From Terriglobia bacterium (GTDB taxonomy: Bacteria > Acidobacteriota > Terriglobia > Bryobacterales > Bryobacteraceae): a DNA stretch of 64,000 nucleotides. Both the position numbers and the translations under genes were made by a program. The stretch covers positions 145,528-209,527 of the forward strand of contig CAVSXU010000004.1 in the NCBI GenBank assembly GCA_963732025.1. Direction: 5' to 3'. This document shows, piece after piece, positions 18,050-27,558 of this stretch. Position 1 is the first letter of the stretch, and the number at the start of each line of letters is the position of its first letter. The notes under the pieces were generated by a model that was given only the letters and a program-made list of their open reading frames with translations, did no database searches and was not told where the DNA came from.

Positions 18050-18541
18050 ATGTGGGGAAAAACAATCGAACAAGATGGCAGGCGCGTCACCATGCCAGAG
18101 ATGACCTCGAGACAGCCGCCTCAACCAGCCCCGCAAACACTATCGCAGAAGGCAGGGATGACCGCCACGATCGGCCAGACGATGCGACTTAAAGGGGAAG
18201 TGCTCAGTGATGAGGAACTATACCTCGACGGCGACCTCGAGGGCACAATCGAAGTACGTAATCTCTTGACAATTGGCCCTAACGGCAAAGTAACGGCGAA
18301 CGTGAAAGCGAAGGAACTCATTGTCCACGGCTCGATTCGAGGAAATGTCGAAGCCACTGGCCGGATCGCAATCATGACTGGAGCCAGCATCGTAGGCGAC
18401 GTCAAAACTGCGGGCATCGTGATCGAAGACGGTGCGTACTTCAAGGGCGGCATCGACATTATTCAACCGGAGCACAAGGTTGCGGAGCCGAGAGCGAGTG
18501 CTCCTCAGCCGGCAACGGCTTCCCAAGTGGCGGGCGGGTAG
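18050..18541 (+). CDS. bactofilin (polymer-forming cytoskeletal protein, DUF583)
   Basis: ...LKGEVLSDEELYLDGDLEGTIEV...VTANVKAKELIVHGSIRGNVEATGRIAIMTGASIVGDVKTAGIVIEDGAYFKG. Confidence 0.8.
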   Translation: MWGKTIEQDGRRVTMPEMTSRQPPQPAPQTLSQKAGMTATIGQTMRLKGEVLSDEELYLDGDLEGTIEVRNLLTIGPNGKVTANVKAKELIVHGSIRGNVEATGRIAIMTGASIVGDVKTAGIVIEDGAYFKGGIDIIQPEHKVAEPRASAPQPATASQVAGG

Positions 18542-18690
18542 GAGTTGCGATTTCGTGGACGCGGGAACAATTGCCGATTCCACACTCGCCAGGCGGAGCG
18601 TGACGAGCGCGGAAAACTCCGTCTCAAGGCGCGTCTTCCCGGATCTTCTTTCGAAAAAGATCGAGTTCCCTGATCATCGAGGAGTAATTC

Positions 18691-19032
18691 ATGATCTTAA
18701 CGCATCATCCCCTCAGGCTTGTTTTACTCGTTGTCTTCGCCGTTCCCAGTGCGTTGCTGTGCACGGTCACCATCGTCTCCGCAGTGCTTCGGACAATGCG
18801 ACTCCCGGTGTGCCCGAATTGTCTCTGGGGCAGCGCTCGTCCTTCGCAACGAGTTGGTTTCGTCGACCACGCCAGAAGTGCGATTTGCTTGTTCCCGTTC
18901 AGATGTGAGCACTGCCTGAAGCGTTTTTATGCATTCGATCGAGCCAGGAAAGAGCTAAAGCACATGCGCCACAGAAAGGCGCGTCCTCATCCGCACACCT
19001 ATGTAAAGGCGCGTCCTCATGCGCACACCTAA
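18691..19032 (+). CDS. hypothetical membrane-anchored Cys-motif protein (113 aa)
   Basis: N-terminal hydrophobic segment; CPNC...CEHC pattern; His/Lys/Arg-rich tail. Confidence 0.4.
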   Translation: MILTHHPLRLVLLVVFAVPSALLCTVTIVSAVLRTMRLPVCPNCLWGSARPSQRVGFVDHARSAICLFPFRCEHCLKRFYAFDRARKELKHMRHRKARPHPHTYVKARPHAHT

Positions 19033-19083
19033 TGTAAAGTAGCTCTGCGGTTGTCATTCTAGGGCTCGCTAACTAATCTGCTT

Positions 19084-19210
19084 GGAAGCGGGACGGGAAA
19101 CCGGGAAGACGGACTTTTCTCGTATTCCAACTTCCTCACGGACAAATAGATCTGGCATCTTCCAGCCCTCAAAGAAGCTGAGAAGTCTCCAGACTGTCCC
19201 GGATCCCCCC
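19084..19210. repeat. second copy of the GGGACAGACGG-type MITE-like unit
   Basis: Roughly 80 percent identical by eye to 17513-17620 over about 110 bp (GGAAACCGGGAAGACGGACTTTTCTCGTATTCCAACTTCCTCACGG...). Confidence 0.75.
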
Positions 19211-19269
19211 TTAGGCGTATTGTCAAACCGCTCGAATTTCGTGTCATACTCGACTCCGTTGCGATCGGA

Positions 19270-20016
19270 ATGGGTATGAAAACAGCCATTGCGTTGATCG
19301 TTGCCGGCCTGCTCCCAGGGGCCGCATCTGCTTCCACCTCCTTCCTCTCCTTTACGGGAGCCCTTTCCAGTCCGGAAGATGTATTCGAAGTTACATTTTC
19401 GTTGTCCGCCACTGCCGACATTGAAATCGATACCTGGGGATTCGGCGGAGGCACGAACGCTGCCGGCGCCCTTATCCTGGCGGGCGGATTCGACCCCATG
19501 ATCTCGCTGTTTTCGGGCCCGCGGGCGACCGCGACCATTTACACGATTGCGGGAATTTCGGCTGCCGATGCGGATACGCTTTTTAATCCGCCGTTCTCGT
19601 TTGTGGGGAACTGTCCGCCCGCCGGGATGGTCACCATCGGGACAGGAAGCGGGAGCTCGGTTTGCGGCGACGATCTGATGCAGATTCCTGGACTGGCGGC
19701 GGCCGTCTACACTCTCGTTTTGAGCGATGCCAATTATATCCCCAACGCGGTGAATCCCGGGCCGCCGACCTTCTCCAATCTATCCGATGGCTTTTCCGAT
19801 TTGACCGGAGGCGTTTTCCAGACCTGCAATTTCACCTCCGACCAGCCTGCTGGGGTGTGCATGACGCCCAACGCCAACTACGCGGTGGACATCGTAGATC
19901 AATCCGGAGCGGCGCTTACTGACTCCCCCGAGCCTCGCACATTGGTGCTGCTTATCGCCGGTCTTACCACTCTCGCGTTTCTAAAGTTCCATCCTCGAAA
20001 AGGAGAATCGAAATGA
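19270..20016 (+). CDS. PEP-CTERM sorting-domain protein
   Basis: Signal peptide; C-terminal SPEPRTLVLLIAGLTTLAFLKFHPRK. Confidence 0.8.
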   Translation: MGMKTAIALIVAGLLPGAASASTSFLSFTGALSSPEDVFEVTFSLSATADIEIDTWGFGGGTNAAGALILAGGFDPMISLFSGPRATATIYTIAGISAADADTLFNPPFSFVGNCPPAGMVTIGTGSGSSVCGDDLMQIPGLAAAVYTLVLSDANYIPNAVNPGPPTFSNLSDGFSDLTGGVFQTCNFTSDQPAGVCMTPNANYAVDIVDQSGAALTDSPEPRTLVLLIAGLTTLAFLKFHPRKGESK

Positions 20017-20570
20017 GATTTGTCAAGACTACGCTGATGGGAATCGCGGGAGTCGCTCTCGCGGTATTGCTGCTGGTCCCCAAAGCGGCGCACGCCGTGG
20101 TCGCAACGCTGGTCCAGGTGGCGAATACAACGAGCAATCCGGTGCCGAACGCCGATGTGAATGGGCCCGGACAAGAAGTATTTCAGACTCAAATATGCAT
20201 CTCGACCCAAAGCAGCGGTTGTTTCAGCTCCCCTACTTCCTTTGTTGTTCCGGCATCGACATCAGATGGGGCCTCCGTGAAGCGGCTAGTCTTGACCACA
20301 GTCACCGGGAACTGTAGCTCTAACCAACAGCCCGGGACAAGTTTACTGGAATCCTTTATTGCTATCTCTGCTGGGGGCACGTCGCTCCTTTACACCTCCC
20401 CGCTCCAAATGAGCCCCGGCAGTTTTAGTGCCGTCAATAATTTCCAGTACGCCATCATGGGCCCAGCGCCCCTGTACGCGGACCCCGGCACAACTGTAGG
20501 TGCCTTTTTGACCGCAGCAGATAGTTCGGTTTGCACCTACGATTTGGCAGGCTATTACGTCACGCACTAA
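20013..20570 (+). CDS. secreted hypothetical protein (185 aa)
   Basis: ATGA overlap with the upstream gene; signal peptide MRFVKTTLMGIAGVALAVLLLVPKAAHA. Confidence 0.55.
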   Translation: MRFVKTTLMGIAGVALAVLLLVPKAAHAVVATLVQVANTTSNPVPNADVNGPGQEVFQTQICISTQSSGCFSSPTSFVVPASTSDGASVKRLVLTTVTGNCSSNQQPGTSLLESFIAISAGGTSLLYTSPLQMSPGSFSAVNNFQYAIMGPAPLYADPGTTVGAFLTAADSSVCTYDLAGYYVTH

Positions 20571-20680
20571 CTTCATCAAGAAAGCACAGAACTGGGAGTT
20601 GAGGAAGGCGGGGCTGTACGTTTGTGTTCGAATCTCGTTGCCGACCCGCGGGTCGCTTCGACGGATGACCAGCTGATTTT

Positions 20681-20698
20681 CCGCCGCCTCCACCATTT
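20681..20698. repeat. degenerate copy of the tmRNA 3' end (att remnant candidate)
   Basis: CCGCCGCCTCCACCATTT matches the last 17 nt of the att core; a shorter copy CGCCTCCACCATTT lies at 20875-20888. Confidence 0.4.
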
Positions 20699-20984
20699 CT
20701 TTAGGCTTCGCTGGCGCGGCTCTAATGGTATACCTGGGGGATATCCGATCGTTTTGCGGCATTCAAGTTCGCTAGTAGAACGGGGCTCAGTCGCATCGAA
20801 GCGAACTCGCCGCCACTTCTCCGACCATTCTCCTCATAGTGCGCTCATCGCACCGCCCCCAGCGGACTATTGACGCCTCCACCATTTCCTGCATAGTATT
20901 TTCGCCAATCATGGCTTCCCGGCCCAGTACTCGAACGTACTACTCCCGACGATCCAGTGCGCCACGCCGCCCTGACGGAGACAA

Positions 20985-21545
20985 TTGTCCCTCAAGGAGA
21001 AGCAACCAGGAATGAAACAAATTCTTTTGGCGTCGCTGTTGATTGCCGGCGCAGGTTTGACGAAAGCCGGCGTGATCGAAACGCTCAGCATCGACTTGTC
21101 GCCGTATCATGCGGGCTCCGTGCTCTCTGGCTCAGCATTTCTGGCGGGCCCGCTTCAGGTGGGCGATTCGACTCCGATCACCCTGACGTTTTCCGATCCT
21201 TCCGACTACAGCCCAACGTCGTTGACGACGACCCTTTCCGTCACCTCCGGAGGCATCGGTGAAGCCGAACGCTTCTCTTTGCTCACGTTCACCGATCTCT
21301 CCAATAATTCCACCATCGATCTGATGGTGAAGGCGCCCGCGCAGTGCGTTGTGAGTGGTTCCAATCCAACTGGAGTCCCCTGCGTGGCGAACGGCCTGTG
21401 GCAGGATCATGATCCGGCTCGCTTCTCCGGGAGCTACACGGTCACTGCGGCCGATGTTCCCGTTCCCGAGCCATCCTATGGATTTCTCATGCTGGGTTTG
21501 TCGGCGGCCTTCGGCATCGGACGGAAATTGATTCGCACTCGGTAG
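20985..21545 (+). CDS. PEP-CTERM sorting-domain protein
   Basis: Signal peptide; C-terminal VPVPEPSYGFLMLGLSAAFGIGRKLIRTR. Confidence 0.8.
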   Translation: MSLKEKQPGMKQILLASLLIAGAGLTKAGVIETLSIDLSPYHAGSVLSGSAFLAGPLQVGDSTPITLTFSDPSDYSPTSLTTTLSVTSGGIGEAERFSLLTFTDLSNNSTIDLMVKAPAQCVVSGSNPTGVPCVANGLWQDHDPARFSGSYTVTAADVPVPEPSYGFLMLGLSAAFGIGRKLIRTR

Positions 21546-21547
21546 CG

Positions 21548-22864
21548 CTAGCGAATTCCAAGCGACGCGCGAAGCTCGATAAACTTCGGCAGCACCCACG
21601 ATTCGAGCAGCACGTCGCCCGGAGTCCACGGCATCGGCCACAATTCCAGCAGCGGTCGCGCCTCGTCTCTTTTTCCTGCCGCGATTAGCGCCGAAGCGTA
21701 CAACACCCGCAACTGCGCATCCGAGGCCGGCGCCGTATTGTCGAATCGCGCCTTCAGCGATTCGACGTCGTGCGGCAATTGGAACTTGCCGGTCCAGATA
21801 TCCGTCTGTTGCGCCACCAGCTGCGGATTCGGAACCGCAGCCAACTTTGCGAAGGCCTGGTCGCGCCGTGCCTTCGAATACAACCCCGTCGCATACAACC
21901 ACGACGCCTCGCGCCAAGCGACCAGCGGATCCTTCTGATTCCGCCGGAAGTCCAGGTAGCGAGCCATCAGCGCATCACTGCCTTTTACATCCGCCTGATC
22001 CGCCGGCCGAGCCAGCCAATGCGAGTACGCCGCCTTCAACAGATCGCCGCCTGCTGCCAACGCCGGATTGGATTGATGCGCATCGAGGAAATACTTCTCC
22101 GCCTCGGCGAACTTTCCGTGCATGAAATAAACTTCGCCGAGCGAATCCAGCGAATTCCCCTTCTGACCTGGCTGCTGGCCATACTCATCGAACGTTTTGC
22201 GCGCGCCATCCAGATCGCCCGCGAGTCCTTGCGCATATCCCAGCGAGTTCATCACGCCGGGATTCGTCGGCTCCAGTTGCAACAGTTCGCGATAGTGCCC
22301 GGCAGCTTCCCGGAAATGGCGCGCATTCATCTCGATCGCCGCCAGCGCCGCGAGCAATGTGGTGTCGGATGGCATCAGCCGCAGCATCGCCTCCATCGCC
22401 TTGCCTCTGGCACCCTCGTCACGCTTTGCGTTCGCCGAAAACAGCTCGAGCCGTGCGCGGTCCAGTTCGGATCGAAGGGATGTTCTGGCGAGCGCCTTTG
22501 CCGCGACCTCGATCGCGTGCTCCCGTTCACCACCCTGTTGGAGTCTCTCGGCCCAGGCGAGCCACGCGGTTCCGAAATCGGGGTCCAGAGTGACGGCGCG
22601 TTCGAATTCGCCGCGGCCCCAAGCCTCGACGGCTTCCGCGTTGGACGACGGGAATGATCGAGCGGCGGGATCAATGCGTTTCGCGGCTGCATTCATCGAC
22701 GCCAACACATCGCCGTTCTCGGGTGCTTCCACGGCAATCTTGTGACGCGCCGCATCCTCTGCTTCAATCTGGAAATGCAGTTGGCCCGCGCTTCCTGTGA
22801 AATATCCCTGGACGATGCGGGTAGCCCGCGTCAGATAGGCGTCGCTCAGATTGGGAGTCCGCAA
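21548..22864 (-). CDS. TPR-repeat protein; true start probably upstream (frame open to about 23062)
   Basis: TPR-like repeats throughout. Upstream in frame is a lipoprotein-like LRVFLGAALAWALLLSSC without ATG/GTG/TTG. Confidence 0.65.
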   Translation of the reverse strand: MRTPNLSDAYLTRATRIVQGYFTGSAGQLHFQIEAEDAARHKIAVEAPENGDVLASMNAAAKRIDPAARSFPSSNAEAVEAWGRGEFERAVTLDPDFGTAWLAWAERLQQGGEREHAIEVAAKALARTSLRSELDRARLELFSANAKRDEGARGKAMEAMLRLMPSDTTLLAALAAIEMNARHFREAAGHYRELLQLEPTNPGVMNSLGYAQGLAGDLDGARKTFDEYGQQPGQKGNSLDSLGEVYFMHGKFAEAEKYFLDAHQSNPALAAGGDLLKAAYSHWLARPADQADVKGSDALMARYLDFRRNQKDPLVAWREASWLYATGLYSKARRDQAFAKLAAVPNPQLVAQQTDIWTGKFQLPHDVESLKARFDNTAPASDAQLRVLYASALIAAGKRDEARPLLELWPMPWTPGDVLLESWVLPKFIELRASLGIR

Positions 22865-23058
22865 TGCGATCGAACTGGTGAGTCCCGTGACATTTTGCGC
22901 CAGGATGTTGGCGGCGGTCGACGAGACCCAATCGAGCGAAGCATCGCCCGTCAGGTTTTCGATCGGCAGAAAAGCGATTCGCTGAACCGACGATTCCGGC
23001 GCTCGCGAGCAAGACGAAAGCAGCAGCGCCCATGCGAGCGCTGCGCCCAGGAAAACTC

Positions 23059-23838
23059 TCAGAGGACTTTCTGCTCCATCGTCATGAGCTTCATGAAATC
23101 CTCGTTGGCGCGCAGCGAGGCGAACTCGGGTTCCTTCTGGAACTTTTCGCGTTCCTTGAATCCCTCTTCAATCGACTTGCGGATGTACAGCAACGCGCGC
23201 TCGGTCTGGCCTGCCTTAGCGTAAGTCCTCGCCAAATAATAGTGATACTTGGCGCGTTCGTCCACGCTGCGTTCCTGCAGCAGGACGCCATTGGTGCCGC
23301 GATGCTCGAAGACTTCAGGATCTAACTGGAGCGCCTTCTGATAGGTATCGAACGCCTCCGTGTAATTCTTGCGCGCGAAGTACGCCGTGCCCAGGTTGCT
23401 CAGCATGGACGCCGATTGCGGCGAAATTGCCAGGGCCTTTTTATATTGATTGATGGCACGGCGATAAGATTTAGTCGCGTAGAAAATCGTCCCGAGATTG
23501 TTGATGGCCTCCGCGTAATGCGGATTCAGCTTGGTGGAACGCTCGTACCACTTCTTGGCATTTTCCAGATCCAGCAACTGGTGATAAGCGATGCCGGTCT
23601 TGTTGGCGATCACCGCCGAATCCTTCGGGCCAAGCTGATAGGTTTCCACGGCCTCGCGATACATCTTGCGAGCCATGTAAATATCGCCGCGGATTTCCGG
23701 AGTGAGCGACCGCGCCGTCATCTCCGGCGTAGTCTTGTCCGGTGAAGCGATCCGGAATCCGTTCGCCGTTTGAGGCTGCGGCGTCTGGAAAGTCAGGACC
23801 GTTACGATGAAACTTGAAACCCCAATTATGGAAACCAT
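23059..23838 (-). CDS. TPR-repeat protein
   Basis: 259 aa with repeated AxxxYxxAlxlnP-type TPR units (NPHYAEAINNLG, SPQSASMLSNLG). Confidence 0.75.
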   Translation of the reverse strand: MVSIIGVSSFIVTVLTFQTPQPQTANGFRIASPDKTTPEMTARSLTPEIRGDIYMARKMYREAVETYQLGPKDSAVIANKTGIAYHQLLDLENAKKWYERSTKLNPHYAEAINNLGTIFYATKSYRRAINQYKKALAISPQSASMLSNLGTAYFARKNYTEAFDTYQKALQLDPEVFEHRGTNGVLLQERSVDERAKYHYYLARTYAKAGQTERALLYIRKSIEEGFKEREKFQKEPEFASLRANEDFMKLMTMEQKVL

Positions 23839-24059
23839 CCTCGGCCTCCTAACACCTTGATTAATACTCTATCACCGCGCCGCGCGAAATGGAGTCGGGC
23901 TTTCCACCTAGAACGTGGCGCACGATTCATCGTGCCGGCGGGCACTTCAGTGTCCGCTTCACGAGCGCAGCCTGAAGGCCGCGCCAGCACGATAAATCGC
24001 TCGCCACAAAGGCATTCCGAGTCCGAGCACGACGCGACGCACTCTGCGAATATATTTGC

Positions 24060-24416
24060 ATGAGCACCAAAACCACCGTGGTACTCGCTCTCACCGCCGG
24101 ATTTGTTGGCGGAATCGCTTCTCAACGCCTCTTTCCCCCGCCGGTTCATGCGCAAGATCAGGCGCCGGTGTCGCAGGAAATCCGGGCGCACAGATTCGTA
24201 CTTGTCGATGAAGCTGGCGTCAACCGCGGTGTCTTCGGATTTAACAAACAGGGCGAGCCCCGCATCAATGTGATGGATCCGAAGGGCTATGTATATGGGG
24301 TGCAGTTGAACGGGTTTGACCGCCCCAAGATGCTCCCCGATGCAACCTGCGCCACCTGTCCGCGCAAAGGGGCGAAGAACGATCCAGCGGCTGACAGTAG
24401 CGCGATCACGCACTGA
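24060..24416 (+). CDS. hypothetical protein with N-terminal TM segment (118 aa)
   Basis: MSTKTTVVLALTAGFVGGIASQRLF... Confidence 0.45.
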   Translation: MSTKTTVVLALTAGFVGGIASQRLFPPPVHAQDQAPVSQEIRAHRFVLVDEAGVNRGVFGFNKQGEPRINVMDPKGYVYGVQLNGFDRPKMLPDATCATCPRKGAKNDPAADSSAITH

Positions 24417-24424
24417 GTTCGCAG

Positions 24425-26940
24425 CTACTTGAAAATATCCTTGAGCCGCCCGAAGAATCCCTTCTTCTCTCCCGTGGCAGCGGGCTTCGGCGCCGAACCG
24501 GGTGTGACCGGAATACTCCGCGCGTCTCTGGCCGTCGGTGCGGGCGATTGCGCGATCCCAGGCCGCCGATTATCCACCGTCTCGATCTTTGCCGGAGGCT
24601 GAGTCGGCTCCCACCCCGCGACAATGGTTCGTCCACCGCCATGCAGCGTGCACACATCGACGGGTTGCGTTCCGGCGATGAACATCTGGCTGCGAATCTT
24701 CGGGCAACTGGTGGTCGCCAGCAGGCCCGTTTCGGCGTCGATCTCGGTCGTGACGATTCCCTCGGGCGCGTCGAATCCGTGCACGTTGTGATACTCGCGA
24801 TGCTGGTGCGCGCGCTTCATGAACTCGGCCCAGATCGGCAGAGCGCTGTGCGCGCCTTCCAGCTTGAAGTCGCGATTGTCGTCGAACCCCACCCACACCA
24901 CGCAGATCAGTTTCGAAGTGAACCCGGCAAACCAGCCATCGCGCGACGTTCCGGTTTTGCCGGCGGCCGGCAGATTGAATCCGTATCCATGAACGCCGGC
25001 GCCGGTACCTGACCGCAGGACTTCTTCCATCATGTTCTCGACCAGGTACGCGACGCGCGGATCGATGGCCTGCTTCACTTCCTGCTTCGATTGGAAAATC
25101 GTATCGCCGCCTGCCGTCGCGGATGTTCTTGATGAAGCTGGTCTTCAGCAGATCTCCGCCATTGGGAAAACCGTGTAGGCGCCCGCGATTTCGAGCGGCG
25201 TCACTTCATAGGCGCCCAGCGCGATCGACGGCGTCGGCTTGATATCCACGTTCAATCCCGCCGCGCGCGCCATCGCGCGACTTTGTCGTAGCCCACCATC
25301 TCCGCGACTTTCACCGCCGGAATGTTCAGCGAATGCGCCAGCGCATACCACGCCGGAACTTCGGTTCCCTGATATTTCGGCGTATGTCAGCCGGCTCGTA
25401 GGGCTTGTCGTCGAACCAGAACGTGGTCGGTTCATCCATGATGAGCGTTGCCGGCGTGATCACGTTACTGCCGCCAGTGAGCGCCGTGTTGAACGCCGCC
25501 GCGTACACGAACGGCTTGAACGACGATCCCGGCTGCCGCTTCGCCATCGCGTGATCAACTGGCTGATGCCGTAGCTGCGCCCGCCCACCAGCGCCTTCAC
25601 CTCGCCGGTTTCCGCATCCAGGCACACCAGCGCGACCTGCGCCAGCGGCATCTCGTCGGTGCCGTATTTCTTGGACCGGCGCTTCCACTGCTTGTCGGTT
25701 TCCTCGATCCTGCTGCGGACCGCTTCCACGGCGTCGCGCTGCAGATTCATGTCGAGCGTCGTGTAGACCCGATAGGAGTTGTTCTGGAAATCGCGATCCT
25801 GAAAACGGTTCTGCAGCGTGTCGTTCACCAGATCGACGAAGTACGGCGCATCGCTCGATTCGGCCACTTCGCGAGTCACCTTGAGCGGCGACGCGGCCGC
25901 TTCCTGATACTGCTGCTCGGTGATGAAGCCGTTCTCGCGCATGGCCTTGAGCACGATGTTCCGGCGGGCCTTGGCGCGATCCGGATACCGGAACGGATTG
26001 CGCCCCATCGGCGACTGCATCATCCCCGCCAGCAACGCGGCTTCGGCGAGCTGACCTTGCTCAAGTCCTTGCCCAGGTAAACCTCGGCGCCCTTCGCGAA
26101 TCCCTGAATGCTGAAGCTGCCCTGATGCCCCAGGTCGATCGCGTTGGCGTAATACTCGAAGATCTGCTGCTTGGTAAGCTTCTGCTCCAGGTGCAGCGTG
26201 ATCAGCGTCTCGGGGATTTTGCGGCGCCAGCCCGCGCTCCGGACCCAGCCACAGCGTTCGCGCCAGTTGCTGCGTCAGGGTCGACGCGCCCTGGCTCGCT
26301 TTCCGGTCCTTGATATCCACCCACAGCGCGCGCATGATGCCGATCGGATCGAAGCCGGCATGCTGGAAGAAGTGCTTGTCCTCGGCCGCCAGCACCGCGT
26401 TCACCATCACCTTCGGAATGTCGTCGAAATGGACGATCCGGCGCTTCTCGCGCTTGCGGTCGAACAGATTGGTGATCAGTTCGGGCTCCAGCAGGAACTC
26501 GTTGCGCTCGGTCTGATCGCGCAGCGAAATGATCTGCGCGACTTGGCCGCGCTCGATCTTGATCACCGCGCCTTCGGAGTCGAACGCCTCCGGCCCGGGA
26601 TTGATCTCGATCGCGTCGGGCCGCACGTGATACCAGCCCAACCGGTTGCTCGACGATTCCGAATATCCCGCGCGCCGCAGATAGTCGGCGATCTCGCTCG
26701 CCTTGATTTCTTCGCCCACCGACACCGGCTGCGGGGCGGCGTAGAGCAGGGAAGTGTTGGCGAACGGCCCGCGCGAAGCTTTTCTTCGGTGATCCGCGCG
26801 TACGTGCGGTAGTAATACGTGAAGACACCAATCCCCGCCGTCACCGTAAGGACGAACGCCAGCAGGAACGCCTTCCCCCAGGAGCTTAGGAGAAAGCGAG
26901 TGAACCGGGCCTTCTTGGGAATTCGAAGCTTAAGCGCCAC
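24425..26940 (-). pseudogene. penicillin-binding protein 1A (glycosyltransferase/transpeptidase), at least 5 frame breaks
   Basis: Pieces 26563-26940 (TM anchor), 25460-26725 (AAEDKHFFQHAGFD, GASTLTQQLAR), 25326-25688 (SSFKPFVYAAA), 25145-25435, 24425-25078 (KTGTS) are collinear. Confidence 0.8.
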
Positions 26941-26982
26941 AGGATATTTGAAGAAGCGACATTTGAAAAAGCCTCGAGCTCG

Positions 26983-27389
26983 TCATTTTTTGGTTTCTTC
27001 CAGCGAAAATAGCTCTTTCCACATGTCTTCGTGGGGCTCCCAATCCGGCATCTGATGGCCGGTGATTTGCAGCTCGGCGACGCTCAGCGTCCCATGGCCG
27101 TACGGGCAAATGTATTCCGTGTGCGGCGCGCCCAACAGAACGTGATTCCAGGATCCCGCTGGATCGGCATGCGCAACCGGCGCAGGCACGTCCGGCAGCG
27201 ATAACGCTGATCCCATACGATGACCCAGGCGATGCCGACAGCAATCAGTCCAAACGCGAACATCGTCAGGTAATGAGCGAGATCGAAGGGTCTGGCGCGT
27301 GAAAAGCTGCGCTGAATCAGAGTCCAGAACGGATAGAGGAGACCGGCCGCCAACACCAGTTTCCCGACCAGATAGGCCCAGTACTTCAT
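26983..27389 (-). pseudogene. small membrane protein with C-terminal zinc-ribbon-like region, one frameshift
   Basis: ORF 27084-27389 (two TM segments, CRTC) continues in ORF 26983-27216 (...EYICPYGHG...). Confidence 0.45.
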
Positions 27390-27445
27390 GTCTAGTTGGA
27401 CACCGTTGGTTCCTTAAGGTTCCTGCTTTCTATACTCCCATATTT

Positions 27446-27491
27446 GTGTGGCGCACGCTTCAGCGTGCCGTGTCGAGACTCATGTCGACAC
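27446..27491. repeat. REP-like element, GTGGCGCACGC/TGTCGACAC family
   Basis: GTGTGGCGCACGCTTCAGCGTGCCGTGTCGAGACTCATGTCGACAC. Confidence 0.8.
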
Positions 27492-27558
27492 GTTTTGTTC
27501 GCGGAGCAGTTTTTTCTGAACCGTGACTGAAGGAAGCGGGCTTCGTGAGCTCGAATCG

